A stretch of DNA of 64,000 nucleotides. Origin: Candidatus Kaiserbacteria bacterium. Its GTDB lineage: Bacteria > Patescibacteriota > Minisyncoccia > Phycocordibacterales > UBA2100. How positions within the stretch are numbered: position 1 is the first letter of the stretch; each line of letters begins with the position of its first letter. Positions 45,213 to 55,198 of the stretch are shown in pieces. The notes under the pieces are model-generated. The model was not told the origin of the DNA. It saw only the letters and a list, made by a program, of their open reading frames with translations, and searched no databases. The translations under genes were made by a program, and so were the position numbers. The stretch is taken from positions 66,430-130,429 of the forward strand of contig CAVYCR010000001.1 of assembly GCA_963767115.1 (NCBI GenBank), in the 5' to 3' direction.

Positions 45213-46448
45213 ATGAAATATAGGAAGGCAAAGGCGATTGGCAGTGCATTCTCGCTAATCTCCCTTCTGCTTATCGTCGGCTCGCTCTTCCCGAGCGCTG
45301 CACACGCGAGCGTCCTGACCGACTTCCTCTCCTCGATCGTCTCCGGAGGCAACGTGGCTTATGCCGCCAACCAAAGCCAAGCGAGTAATGTCGGCACGAC
45401 ATCTGACATCTCCGGCGGCGATGTCGAGAATATGCCGGTACTCCAGAGCGCGACCAATATAGATCCGGCGCCTGTCTCAAGTGGCAGTGTGACGGTCGTC
45501 GACAACAGTGCACTCATGCCGCAGGAAGGTCCCAATGGTACTATCGCCGACATCGTGAAGCCGGCTGTCGCGACTATTAGTGTCTATGTAGTGCAGCCCG
45601 GCGATACTCTCTCCGAGATCGCGCAGAAAAACGGCGTCTCGGTCGGCACTATTCTCCTTGGGAACGACCTGACAAGCTCTTCCAAAATCAAGCCGGGCGA
45701 TCAGCTCGTCATCCTCCCGATCACGAGCCTCAAATACACGGTGAAGGCCGGCGACACGCTCGAGAGCATAGCCAAGCAATATAACGCGGACCCGAGCGAG
45801 ATCGGCATCTACAACAGTGTCGACGATAGCTCCCTCACTGCGGGTTCGCAGATTTTCATTCCTGATGCTGAAGCCGGTGCCTCTACGAGTACTACTTCTT
45901 CGAACCAGACTGTATCGAGTAGCAGTACGGCGCCAACTACGGTCACCAAGCCGACCAAGGTATCGGTATCGACGACCAAGGTAAAAGTCTCGACCAAAAT
46001 CCTCAGCGGCTCCCCTGCTTCCTGTGGCGACGTGATCCCGCTTGCCAATAACCCTGCAGAGCCCTCTCACGACGTCGGCCCTGCCGGTACCTGCGCACAG
46101 ATCTCTTATTACATCGCCCCGCTTGCGCACTACATCCAGACCCAAAACATCCACGGCTACAACGCTGTGGACCTCGCGGCGCCGATCGGTACGCCGATCA
46201 TGGCTGCGGCTGACGGCACGGTGATCATCGCAAAGGAGGGCGGATGGAACGGCGGCTACGGGAGCTATGTCGTCATCACGCACCCCAATGGCAGCCAGAC
46301 TCTCTATGCGCACATGTCACAAGTAGCAGCAACGGTCGGCGAGACGGTCTCGCAAGGCCAAGTGATCGGCTACGTCGGTGAGACAGGCGACGCGACAGGA
46401 CCTCACGTACACTTCGAGATCCGCGATGGTATTCGCAATCCGTTCTAA
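45213..46448 (+). CDS. Secreted LysM-domain M23 family metallopeptidase (peptidoglycan hydrolase)
   Basis: ORF 45147..46448. The likely start is the ATG at 45213 ([32 protein letters not shown]). Two LysM repeats ([18 protein letters not shown] and [18 protein letters not shown]). M23 motifs [20 protein letters not shown] and GPHVHFEI. Confidence 0.9.
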   Translation: MKYRKAKAIGSAFSLISLLLIVGSLFPSAAHASVLTDFLSSIVSGGNVAYAANQSQASNVGTTSDISGGDVENMPVLQSATNIDPAPVSSGSVTVVDNSALMPQEGPNGTIADIVKPAVATISVYVVQPGDTLSEIAQKNGVSVGTILLGNDLTSSSKIKPGDQLVILPITSLKYTVKAGDTLESIAKQYNADPSEIGIYNSVDDSSLTAGSQIFIPDAEAGASTSTTSSNQTVSSSSTAPTTVTKPTKVSVSTTKVKVSTKILSGSPASCGDVIPLANNPAEPSHDVGPAGTCAQISYYIAPLAHYIQTQNIHGYNAVDLAAPIGTPIMAAADGTVIIAKEGGWNGGYGSYVVITHPNGSQTLYAHMSQVAATVGETVSQGQVIGYVGETGDATGPHVHFEIRDGIRNPF

Positions 46449-46560
46449 TCCTATATGATTTCAATCCAGTTTTTGGTCCAAACGTTTCGACACTTCGTCC
46501 GGCTTTGGGTATAAGCCAAACTTCCACAGCTCTTCATAGTGCTCGTGTATACTTGCGACT

Positions 46561-47175
46561 ATGAAACTTTACCTATGGAACACGCCCAACGGTTATAAGG
46601 TGCCGATCATGCTCGAGGAGCTCGGTGTGGAATATAAGATCATCCCGGTCAACATCTCCAAGGGCGAGCAAAAGCAGCCGGCATTTCTCGCGATGAATCC
46701 CAACCACAAGATCCCCGTACTCGACGATGACGGGATGATAATCTTCGAGTCGGGTGCGATTCTGATCTATCTTGCGGAAAAATGCGGGAAGTTTTTCCCC
46801 AGTGAAACGAAAGCAAAATATGTAGCGTTGGAATGGCTGATGTTCCAGATGGCGAGCGTCGGGCCGATGTTCGGGCAGGCCAACCATTTCGTGAAATACG
46901 CGCCGGAGAAGATCGAGTATGCGATCAAGCGCTACCTTGATGAATCCGATCGCATCGCGGGCGTGCTTGAGACGCGACTTTCAGCCGTACCGTACCTCGG
47001 CGGTGAATACGGCATTGCCGATATGGCCACGTGGCCCTGGGTGCACGCTGCAATCAACAATAAGCTGATCGACATAGAAGCGCGCCCGTCTCTCAAAAAG
47101 TGGTTCGCTGAAATCGGCGCACGTCCTGCGGTGCAGAAGGCGCTCGAGAACGTTGACGGGGCATGCGGGACATAA
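46561..47175 (+). CDS. Glutathione S-transferase family protein
   Basis: MKLYLWNTPNGYKVPIMLEELGVEY...NPNHKIPVLDD forms the thioredoxin-like N-domain, followed by a helical C-domain. TATACT (46548-46553) lies 7 nt before the ATG. Confidence 0.8.
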   Translation: MKLYLWNTPNGYKVPIMLEELGVEYKIIPVNISKGEQKQPAFLAMNPNHKIPVLDDDGMIIFESGAILIYLAEKCGKFFPSETKAKYVALEWLMFQMASVGPMFGQANHFVKYAPEKIEYAIKRYLDESDRIAGVLETRLSAVPYLGGEYGIADMATWPWVHAAINNKLIDIEARPSLKKWFAEIGARPAVQKALENVDGACGT

Positions 47176-47185
47176 AGCTTCCCTG

Positions 47186-47644
47186 TCAAACAACCAGCTC
47201 GCCTTCGTCTACCGGCTCCTCGAACTGGTCGATGAATTTCTGAAGTAAATTTTTGTCGATGATGTGATTCTCTGTTGGATTTGAGGAATTTCTTTCGAAA
47301 AGTCTCTGTTTGAGTACCTCAAGATTTGCTTTGAAATATAGAAGTTGCCACTGACCGCCGATCTTTTCAATGAGTGCTTTGTAGTCATCTCGATCCGCTT
47401 TCGTCCAAAAACCAAAATCGAGAACCACAGATTTCCCCTCGGAGATGTATTCCTTCATCGATTCGGTAAGTGCTTCCTTGGTATGCTTTTGTTTTTCATC
47501 GTGGTTGTCATATTCCCTGCCGAATCGTTTGAATACCTCCTCGTCGAGTGTCAGGCGAATTGCACCTTCTTTTTCCAATTCTTTTGCATAAGTAGTCTTG
47601 CCCGACCCAGGTAATCCGCATAAAAGGTATACTGTCGACTTCAT
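47186..47644 (-). CDS. P-loop kinase-like ATP-binding protein (AAA_33/zeta-toxin-like fold)
   Basis: ORF 47186..47701. The likely start is the ATG at 47644 (MKSTVYLLCGLPGSGKTTYAKEL...). Walker A is at the extreme N-terminus, and the size of about 150 aa is typical of small nucleotide/sugar kinases. Confidence 0.7.
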   Translation of the reverse strand: MKSTVYLLCGLPGSGKTTYAKELEKEGAIRLTLDEEVFKRFGREYDNHDEKQKHTKEALTESMKEYISEGKSVVLDFGFWTKADRDDYKALIEKIGGQWQLLYFKANLEVLKQRLFERNSSNPTENHIIDKNLLQKFIDQFEEPVDEGELVV

Positions 47645-47684
47645 TGTTTGAATATTATCATTACAAATATAGGTGACTTTGAGC

Positions 47685-49211
47685 TCACAATTCTCGCGCA
47701 CGATACTGCAGAGCCTCGAGCATATGTGGCGTCTCGATGGTGTCGCTTTGTGCGAGGTCCGCGATGGTGCGGGCGAGCTTGATCGTGCGATGATAGCCGC
47801 GGGCAGAGAGTTTCATCGTGCGGGCTGCTTGGAGGAGGGTTTGTTCGGCTGCGTTTGAAAGCTTTGCAAGCGATTCGATCTCGCGTGGGCCCATATCGGC
47901 GTTGGTTGATACATCGTGTGAATCTTTGAAGCGTTCGCTCTGTAGGCCACGCGCAGATTTCACTCTCTCACGAGCCTCGTGTGTGCCGTCTTTCTCGCGT
48001 TTGAGGCGCAGCAAGAGCGTCTCAGGCGGCATTGCGCCTACGTGTACCCACATGTCGATACGGTCGGCGACGGGCCCGGAGATCTTGCGACGGTACCGCT
48101 CGATCGAAGCAGGCATGCAGGTGCAATCCTTGCTGCCGTACTTGCCGCACGGGCAGGGGTTCAAGGCGGCGATGAGCATGAAATTGGCCGGGAAAGTGAC
48201 GGTAGCCTTCACGCGCGAGACGGAGACGTGTGCGTCTTCGAGTGGTTCGCGCAGGGCGTTGACTACGTCGCGATGAAACTCCGGGAATTCATCGAGGAAA
48301 AGCACGCCGCGGTGCGCGAGCGTCACCTCGCCCGGGTGCGGGATCGCGCCGCCGCCGATGAGCGATGCGTAAGAAGAAGTATGGTGTGGCGCTCTGAAGG
48401 GTGGCTCTCGTATGGCACCTTCTTGTAAGACACCTGCGAGCGAGTGTATCGCCGTGACCTCGACGATCTCCGAGGGACTCAGTGGCGGTAGTAGTGCGCG
48501 CGCAGCGCGGGCAAGCATGGTCTTCCCGGTGCCGGGCGGTCCGTAGAGTGCGATGTTGTGGCCGCCGGCAGCCGCGATTTCCAATCCCCGCTTCGCGCTC
48601 TCCTGCCCGCGTATTTCTCCGAGCGAGACGTCGGGTTCATGACCTGTCTCGTCAAATGGTTCCGGCACGCACGGTTTGAGGGCGAACTTATTCTTCGCAT
48701 CGAGATGCGCGAGGATGTCGGAGAGGCTCTCGACCGGGTAGATCGTGATGTCGGAGACAAGCGCTGCTTCCTGCGCGTTATACGCGGGAATGAAGAGCTC
48801 TTTGAAGCCGCCTTCGCGCGCGGCAAGTGCTATCGAGAGCACGCCGCGTATCGGACGGAGCGCGCCATCGAGCGCGAGCTCTCCCGCGAAGAGCTTGTCC
48901 GAAGGATCGAAGACGATATCTTCGGCCGCGAGCAAATAAGAAAGGGCGACGGGAAGGTCAAAGGCCGCGCCCTCTTTCTTGAGCTCGGCGGGTGCTAGCG
49001 AGATCACGATCTTCTTGTTGGTCGCCTTCGGCGAGGTCAGCCCGCAATTCTTGATGGCGGAGGCGACGCGGTCGCGCGCTTCCTCGACGGCCTTGTCGGG
49101 TAGCCCGACGATCGAGAAAGCATGGAGGCCGCGTCCGAGATCCACCTCGACGGACACGAGCGAAGCCTTCGGCAGAGACGGCTGTGCCCCGAATACGCGT
49201 GCGAAACTCAT
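47685..49211 (-). CDS. comM: YifB/ComM family Mg-chelatase-like AAA+ ATPase
   Basis: Lon-protease-like N-domain (VEVDLGRGLHAFSIVGLPD), Walker A LYGPPGTGKTMLA, GVLFLDEFPEF, and the C-terminal ChlI-like region. Confidence 0.9.
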   Translation of the reverse strand: MSFARVFGAQPSLPKASLVSVEVDLGRGLHAFSIVGLPDKAVEEARDRVASAIKNCGLTSPKATNKKIVISLAPAELKKEGAAFDLPVALSYLLAAEDIVFDPSDKLFAGELALDGALRPIRGVLSIALAAREGGFKELFIPAYNAQEAALVSDITIYPVESLSDILAHLDAKNKFALKPCVPEPFDETGHEPDVSLGEIRGQESAKRGLEIAAAGGHNIALYGPPGTGKTMLARAARALLPPLSPSEIVEVTAIHSLAGVLQEGAIREPPFRAPHHTSSYASLIGGGAIPHPGEVTLAHRGVLFLDEFPEFHRDVVNALREPLEDAHVSVSRVKATVTFPANFMLIAALNPCPCGKYGSKDCTCMPASIERYRRKISGPVADRIDMWVHVGAMPPETLLLRLKREKDGTHEARERVKSARGLQSERFKDSHDVSTNADMGPREIESLAKLSNAAEQTLLQAARTMKLSARGYHRTIKLARTIADLAQSDTIETPHMLEALQYRAREL

Positions 49212-49291
49212 TGCCTGCAGCGTAGGGCCGCAGAGAAGATCCGAGACCCCATCGGATTAGTGTTCATAATGAGGTTAGTATAGCACGAGAT

Positions 49292-50135
49292 TCAAAGTGG
49301 TTTTTGTGCTGAGACTATCGCATACATGCCCGGACCATTGAAAATAAAATCGCGTTGTACAATCCCCGCACGCAAATTATCTACGAGTAATTGCGGCACA
49401 AGATGCACCATTGATAAGAGAGAATGAAGCCATTGCCAGCGTTTCATAAGCTCGTACATCTCTTCCGAGCTCCTCATTACATTTTTTGTTTTGTCGAGTG
49501 TTTCTACATCTTTGAAACCAACTCGTTCTGCGTCTTGTTTGAATAGATCGATGTGAGCAAGGTTATCTAATGCAAGCCCTTTCAAGAATTCACTGTAAAC
49601 TCTCTCCTCCGCTGGACCGTTTGGGTTTCGTCTCAAGAAACCGTCAATTACGACGATTCGGCCGCCCGGTTTGAGGATCCGATACGCTTCCTTCAGGAAA
49701 TCAGCTTTGTCTTTCGCATGGCAAATACTCTCGACTCCGAAGACGACATCGAACGAATTGTCCTCGAAGGAAGTGTGCAGAAAATCCATCACGAGAAACT
49801 TCGTCTTTCCTTGAAGGTTCATTTCGCGCGCATATTCCTGCGCCTTCGCGCATTGCTTGGTTGAAATGGTAATGCCGCTTACATGCGCCCCCTTATTGAG
49901 CGCAAGCCAGAGCGCCGACCCCCCCCACGCCGCAACCTGCGTCCAATACTTTGGAATCAGATTGTATGTTTCCGGTCTCGGCTACAATCTTGTTGGTATT
50001 GATAAGCGCTTCTTGAAGTGTCTTGGTGTCTGCATCCCAAAGTCCGTAATGGAGCGCCTTGGTGCCCTTATGCCAAAACAATCTGTAAAAGGGAATCGTA
50101 TAGTCGTAATAACGCGCTACCTCTTCGTTGGTCAT
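49292..50135 (-). pseudogene. SAM-dependent methyltransferase split by a +1 frameshift in a G8 (plus-strand C8) homopolymer
   Basis: ORF 49893..50135 ends ...LDAGCGVGGVGALACAQ*. Removing one G from the run at 49919-49926 gives ...GCGVGGSALWLALNKGAHVSGITISTKQCAKAQEYAREMNLQGKTKF, which continues into ORF 49292..49822 (FDVVFGVESICH, LKPGGRIVVID). Confidence 0.75.
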
Positions 50136-50141
50136 ATGCGC

Positions 50142-50498
50142 TTACTTTTTGATATTTGTCCGAGCTGCGGGATTGGCGGCAAGGCGCTCGTACGGGATTT
50201 GCTCGCCTGTCTCCTCGTCGAGGCCGTAGGTGCCCTTGCCCATCTTCTCGAGCGCATCGTCGATCTCTCTTTTGCGCTCTATAAAGGTCTGCTCGAGCGG
50301 GACGTTGGTCACCAACTCTTCGATTTGCGACGCGACGTCGTTGGGATCGGATTCTTCGCCGGTGAAGCCCTTGGACGAACCTTCCCACTCCCCGCCTTCT
50401 TTCTCGCCGTGTTCATTGAGCTCTTCTTCGATAGTGGCGCGCTCGGCCTCGAGCTGGTCGCGCAGATCTTGCAATTGTTCTTCGGTGAGATGCTTCAT
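50142..50498 (-). CDS. DksA/TraR-like protein lacking the zinc-finger cysteines
   Basis: Acidic coiled-coil N-terminal part, then GTYGLDEETGEQIPYERLAANPAART, which matches the G-YG-C-x2-C-G-x-I-x3-RL-x2-P-x3-C-x2-C layout but has no Cys residues. Confidence 0.55.
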   Translation of the reverse strand: MKHLTEEQLQDLRDQLEAERATIEEELNEHGEKEGGEWEGSSKGFTGEESDPNDVASQIEELVTNVPLEQTFIERKREIDDALEKMGKGTYGLDEETGEQIPYERLAANPAARTNIKK

Positions 50499-50510
50499 AC
50501 TCTAATGGTA

Positions 50511-51863
50511 TCAGAGATTGCCATGTGCCTGCAAACGGCTCAGCACTTCTGCAAAGGTATTCGGACTCTGCGCAATCACGAGGAGGTCGGGCGTGGGGAA
50601 TGAGTAATACAGGACAATGGTGCCGGAATCATCCTTGAGCTCGCGCACGTCGTAGTTGCGCATGACGGCGTCTGCAAAAGTGCGCGCAGTGGGCAGGCCG
50701 TTTGCGCCGGTGGTGAGTGTGGGCACGGAAGTGAAAATCGGTGAAAGATCAGTGTTCATCTGCGGCTCCCAAGCAAGCATGCCTGCGAAGGCGAGGTCGT
50801 AGTTGGTCACGGGGATGACTAAGACCGGTGCGTTGACATCGACCGTATGCGCGCCGAAGAAAAAAGAATCGCCTAAGCCTTGCGTGAGTTGCGAGGGCGG
50901 CGAAATCCCGAGCGCTGCGAAAAATTCAGAAAGCGTCGCAGGTCCGGTTGTCGATATACTATCGGCCGACGTCGCTGATATGGTCGGGATAATCTGAGTG
51001 ATCGATCCGACGGGGCCTAGGTTTTGGGTGAGGGCGTGTGCGAGTGCAGCCTTGAGTATGGCCGGACTCGTGTTGTCGATCGGGACCGTCACAGTCTGCT
51101 CGGCGAAAATAAGTGAAGGGTATGTGGCCGACGTGGTAGACGGGTGTTTATTTTCCACGACTGTGACGCCGTAGAGGGCACCACCGCCGAGAAAGATTAG
51201 CAATATCGATACGAAGACAATGGCCGCGGTGCGGTGTTTTCGACCGCGCTCTCCGACTGTCTCGAGCGGCATGATAGGATCGGGCCGTTTCTTGTCGGCC
51301 TCGAGTGCGGCCGCTTTCACGAGCGAGATCTTCTTGCGGCGGACAATGTCTTGGAGGTCGTCTTTGAGGGTATGTGAAGCGACTACTGTGGGGCGTGCTT
51401 CTGGTTCGCTCGGCGCCTGAGGTACCGATTGCTTGAGCGCCTCGTCTATGTTGGGGACAGCGATCGTTGCGGAAGGTGGCCTCGTATCAGCAGTTCCTTT
51501 GAAGTCGCGACGTTCCGGCAGCTTCACGCTATGCAGAATACTAGCGATGTCGTTGCTTATCTCGCCGCTGTGCGGCGCGTCGTCAGTCTGAAGCTTCAGG
51601 CGTTGAATACGCTCGAATTCCGTTTCGTCACCACGCGGCTCACTGGTACTTGCAGAGAGTGCACCTGAAGTCGTTGGTGCACTTGGCTTCGGGATGGAAA
51701 CTTCAGCAGACGGTACTGCCGGAGTAGCCGATGGTGCTATCGGATTCATTTCAATATCGAAGCTTTCCGCAGGCGCAGGTGGGTGTGGAGTATTAGATCC
51801 TGCGTCGGGGCCGTTCGTCGCCATTGGTACTTGCGTTTCGTCTGCCATGATCATCACTACCAC
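50511..51863 (-). CDS. Hypothetical single-pass membrane protein (about 450 aa), disordered N-terminal half
   Basis: TM segment TAAIVFVSILLIFLGGGALYGVTVV at mid-protein. The start codon is uncertain, with several GTG/ATG codons at 51863-51846. Confidence 0.6.
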   Translation of the reverse strand: MVVMIMADETQVPMATNGPDAGSNTPHPPAPAESFDIEMNPIAPSATPAVPSAEVSIPKPSAPTTSGALSASTSEPRGDETEFERIQRLKLQTDDAPHSGEISNDIASILHSVKLPERRDFKGTADTRPPSATIAVPNIDEALKQSVPQAPSEPEARPTVVASHTLKDDLQDIVRRKKISLVKAAALEADKKRPDPIMPLETVGERGRKHRTAAIVFVSILLIFLGGGALYGVTVVENKHPSTTSATYPSLIFAEQTVTVPIDNTSPAILKAALAHALTQNLGPVGSITQIIPTISATSADSISTTGPATLSEFFAALGISPPSQLTQGLGDSFFFGAHTVDVNAPVLVIPVTNYDLAFAGMLAWEPQMNTDLSPIFTSVPTLTTGANGLPTARTFADAVMRNYDVRELKDDSGTIVLYYSFPTPDLLVIAQSPNTFAEVLSRLQAHGNL

Positions 51864-54017
51864 TCTCCGGTTTCAGGCCCTTGCGTGCGGCGAAATCCGG
51901 ATCTGCGGCTTTGATAGAGAGATTATAGCGCCCTTTCTCATCGATTTCCTTCAATGACCACAGGCACGATGTCGCCGATCTGCACGGCATCGGAGATTTT
52001 GCCGATCCGGAACGGTGCGACTTCGGAGACATGCACGAGGCCGTCGTTGTTCGGGACCGATCTTTACGAATGCGCCGAAATCCATCATGCGCACGACAGG
52101 GCCTTCGAAGCGCTCGCCCACCATCGTAATTCGCGCGTGAGGTCGACGATCTCTTTGAGCGCGGCTTCTGCTGCGCCGTTCTTGCCGGTGATGAAGACCG
52201 AGCCGTCGTCTTCGATGGTGATGTCGTCGGCCTTCGTGCGCTCGCTGATGCCGTTGATCGTCTTGCCGCCGGGGCCGATGACGAGGCCGATCTGGTCGAC
52301 CTTGACCTTCGTCGTAAGAATTTTCGGCGCGCGCGGACGAGATGTCAGTCGCGGGGTTCGGCGATTTCTTTGGTGATGACTTCGAGGATCTGCATGCGCG
52401 CTTTCTTTGCTTGCGCGAATGCTTCCGCGAGCACGTTCAAGCGGCACGCCTTCGACTTTCACGTCCATTTGGACGGCGGTGACGCCTTCGTGACGTTCCT
52501 GCGACTTTGAAGTCCATGTCGCCATGGTGATCTTCGGGGCCTTGGATGTCGGTCAGAACTTTATAGATGCCTTTTTCGCGTCACGACATCATGCCCATCG
52601 CGATGCCAGCGACCGGGCGCGTGATCGGTACGCCCGCGTCCATGAGCGCGAGCGTGCCAGCGCAGACGCTCGCCATCGAGGTCGAGCCGTTCGACGCGAG
52701 CGATTCGGCGACGATGCGGATCGTGTACGGGAAGATCATCTTTGTCCGGCAAAACTGCGCGCAGCGCTTTTTCGGCGAGCGCACCGTGGCCGATCATGCG
52801 GCGGTTCATGCCGCCGACGCGTCCTGTCTCGCCGACACTGAAGGGCGGGAAGTTGTAATGGAGCATGAAGGTTTTCTTCGTCTCCTGGTATTCGATGGTG
52901 TCGAGCGAGCTGCGCGTCGCCCGGGCCGCCGAGCGTGAGCGCGGCAAGCACGTGCGTCGCGCCGCGATAGAAGATGCCGGCGCCGTGAATGACCGGCGAG
53001 ACACCGCCTGCCTGCGCTTCAGAGCGGACGGATTTCGTCCATGGCGCGGCCGTCGGCGCGGCGATTGTTATTGATCGCCTCCTCGTGGATGTATTCGTCG
53101 ATCTTATGTTCGTAGAAGGCGTCGAATTCGCCCGGCTTCAGCGTCGGGCAATTTCTCGGCCGCGGCCTTGATCCACTCGCTTTCAAGGCGCCCATGTTTT
53201 TCTTGCCGACATTGCCGTCGTTTGAGCCGAAGACTGCCGCTTCGAGTTTCGGCACGGCGATTTCCTTCCAAGCCGCTTCGATCTCCGCCGTGCCGGCCTT
53301 CGGGTTGAACTGCCTGCTTCGCATTGCCGCGCTCGGCGATGATCATGCTCTGCCATGCCTGCAATCTTTTCTATCTCTTGCGAGGCGAGCGCGAGGCCAT
53401 TGTTGAGGGTTGCTTCGGACACCTCCTTCGACGCCGACCTCGATCATGTTGATGAGGCCGTCTTTGCCGCAGGCGAGAAGGTCCATGTGTCGAGTCGGCT
53501 TCGTCGCGCTGGAGGTAATTCGGAATGACGATGAATGTCGTCCTTGCCCGCTTCCATGCCGATGCGCACCGCGGAGACCGGGCCGTTCCACGGGATGTCG
53601 GAGGTCGCGAGCGCGAGCGATGCGGCGTTGACCGCGAGCACGTCGGTGTCGTATTCTTCGATCGAAAGCACGGAGATGATGACCTGCACATCGCGCTTAA
53701 GTCCTTTCGGAAAAAGCGGCCGGATGGTGCGATCGACGATGCGGCCCGAGAGTACGGCCTCTTCGGACGGCCGGCCTTCGCGGCGCATGAATCGCGAGCC
53801 GAGGATCGCGCCAGCTGCATAAAACTTCTCCTCGTATTCGACGGAGAGCGGGAAATAATCGAGATTGCTCTCCTTGCTGCCCATCACTGCGGTCGCGAGG
53901 ACCACGCTGTTGCCGTAGCGAAGCAGTACCGAACCATTGGCCTGATCGGCCCAATCATTAAATTCTGCGGTTAATCGTTTTGCCTCCGATTTCGACGGAG
54001 TATTCTTTCTTTTCCAT
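51793..54017 (-). pseudogene. pnp: Polyribonucleotide nucleotidyltransferase (PNPase), reading frame broken at a dozen or more points as sequenced
   Basis: ATG at 54017 (MEKKEYSVEIGGKT...). Homologous text hops through ORFs 53444..53905, 53371..53820, 53343..53591, 53183..53422, 53104..53364, 53019..53324, 52561..53004, 52581..52784, 52085..52525 and 51793..52032. It includes [74 protein letters not shown], the KH motif GLVIGPGGKTINGISERT and the S1 region GLVHVSEVAPFRIGKISD. The 3' end is uncertain and overlaps the next gene. Confidence 0.85.
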
Positions 54018-54129
54018 GATGAAGGATCTTTTACGACCCTCGGATTTTAGGTTTCAAAACGCCGATGGTTTGAAGCCTACCTATCCGCGGGCCGCTGAGT
54101 AATAAGCTTTTTATACCACGCATTGTCGC

Positions 54130-54163
54130 AAAAAGAAAACGCGATCACTCTGAGGTGATCGCG
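54130..54163 (-). terminator. Rho-independent terminator after the LpxC-like gene
   Basis: Minus strand reads CGCGATCAC ctcaga GTGATCGCG ttttcttttt, starting 8 nt after the stop codon at 54171-54173. Confidence 0.7.
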
Positions 54164-54170
54164 CGTAGTA

Positions 54171-55007
54171 TCAGGCTGCCCGTTCAATGCTTTCGGCGAA
54201 GTGCCATCCGATACCTTCGATGTGTCCGATCAAATCGACGTCTTCCTGATGGCCGGCTATAAAAGTTCGTATCCGACCTTCAGGAAAGCTGCCAGCGGGT
54301 ATCGCCACGGCGAGAGCTCCGAGGAGATCCCACACGCGATGTTTCGCGAGTGAGACCCGTATCTCTTCGGGAGATACATTGCCTGCATATACCCATTGCC
54401 CTTGATGCGGCCATCTGAGCCCAGAGAGTATCAATGAAACGTGCTTGAAGGCAGGGAGGTGCCCCAGTGCACGGCTCTCGGCGAAGTCTTTGAGGTTTTC
54501 CGGTGTCACCGAGAATGTATAGCTACCTCGGCCTATGCGCGGTTCCTTCGGGTAATCAATCTCGACTTCGATCTCGAGACTTCCTTCTAGGCTGGGAACA
54601 AACTCAAGTCGGCCCCTGCCCGCTATGTGCAGCACTGCAGTACGATTGAGCGTACACCGTCGTAGTGTTCCATTCGGTTTCAGCCGGTGCTCGACGGCGC
54701 TTATATACGGTGATCCCGTCCCCCAAAACGGTACAAGGTTATCAATCGGGAAAGACAACCGGACCCTGTCGAGTCCAAGCAGGCGTATCGCCAGCAGATG
54801 GTCCACGATTTTTATCCTTTTGGCCAGCCCCAAGTGTCGATGCCCGCAGGTCAACGTGTGAGGTCCGATTTCTACGTCGGGATGCCCGTCCACTTTCAGC
54901 CACCAGCCGGGCCTGTCTATGGGTTCGATTACGACGCGTGCTCGAAACCCGATTAAGGATCGGCCGTCGATACAGACCGGCTCGTCCAGAGTGAATCTCG
55001 AAAACAT
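54171..55007 (-). CDS. LpxC-like (UDP-3-O-acyl-GlcNAc deacetylase family) protein, divergent
   Basis: Colinear by eye with LpxC. VDHLLAIRLLGLDRV...PFWGTGSPY corresponds to VEHL-AAL-GLGIDN...P-DGSA. FSVTPENLKDFAESRALGHL corresponds to F...ARTFGF. AKHRVWDLLGALAV corresponds to HK-LD-IGDL, with the His-x3-Asp metal ligands retained and the following Asp replaced by Ala. AGHQED corresponds to SGH. Confidence 0.55.
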   Translation of the reverse strand: MFSRFTLDEPVCIDGRSLIGFRARVVIEPIDRPGWWLKVDGHPDVEIGPHTLTCGHRHLGLAKRIKIVDHLLAIRLLGLDRVRLSFPIDNLVPFWGTGSPYISAVEHRLKPNGTLRRCTLNRTAVLHIAGRGRLEFVPSLEGSLEIEVEIDYPKEPRIGRGSYTFSVTPENLKDFAESRALGHLPAFKHVSLILSGLRWPHQGQWVYAGNVSPEEIRVSLAKHRVWDLLGALAVAIPAGSFPEGRIRTFIAGHQEDVDLIGHIEGIGWHFAESIERAA

Positions 55008-55198
55008 CGCTGCTCCTTATTTTGTCGTTGAACCCGCTGCGAGCTCATCGCAGTTCTGCGCACAAGCTAGCACGAACTCAATAGTGTCGCTAGATACACA
55101 ATCAAACCATCTCATAATCATGTTGAGCAAGGCGAAACCTTGCTCATGGGAAGTGGCTGACAAGGTGTTCGGGTAACAGTCTCGGCCTGTTGTTTACT

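Noticed and set aside
45477-46313. 278-aa minus-strand ORF
   Set aside because: It is antisense to the LysM-M23 peptidase gene and is Arg/Asp-rich low-complexity sequence.
49857-50603. 248-aa plus-strand ORF
   Set aside because: It is antisense to the methyltransferase N-terminal fragment and the DksA-like gene, has no motifs and has a junk-like composition.
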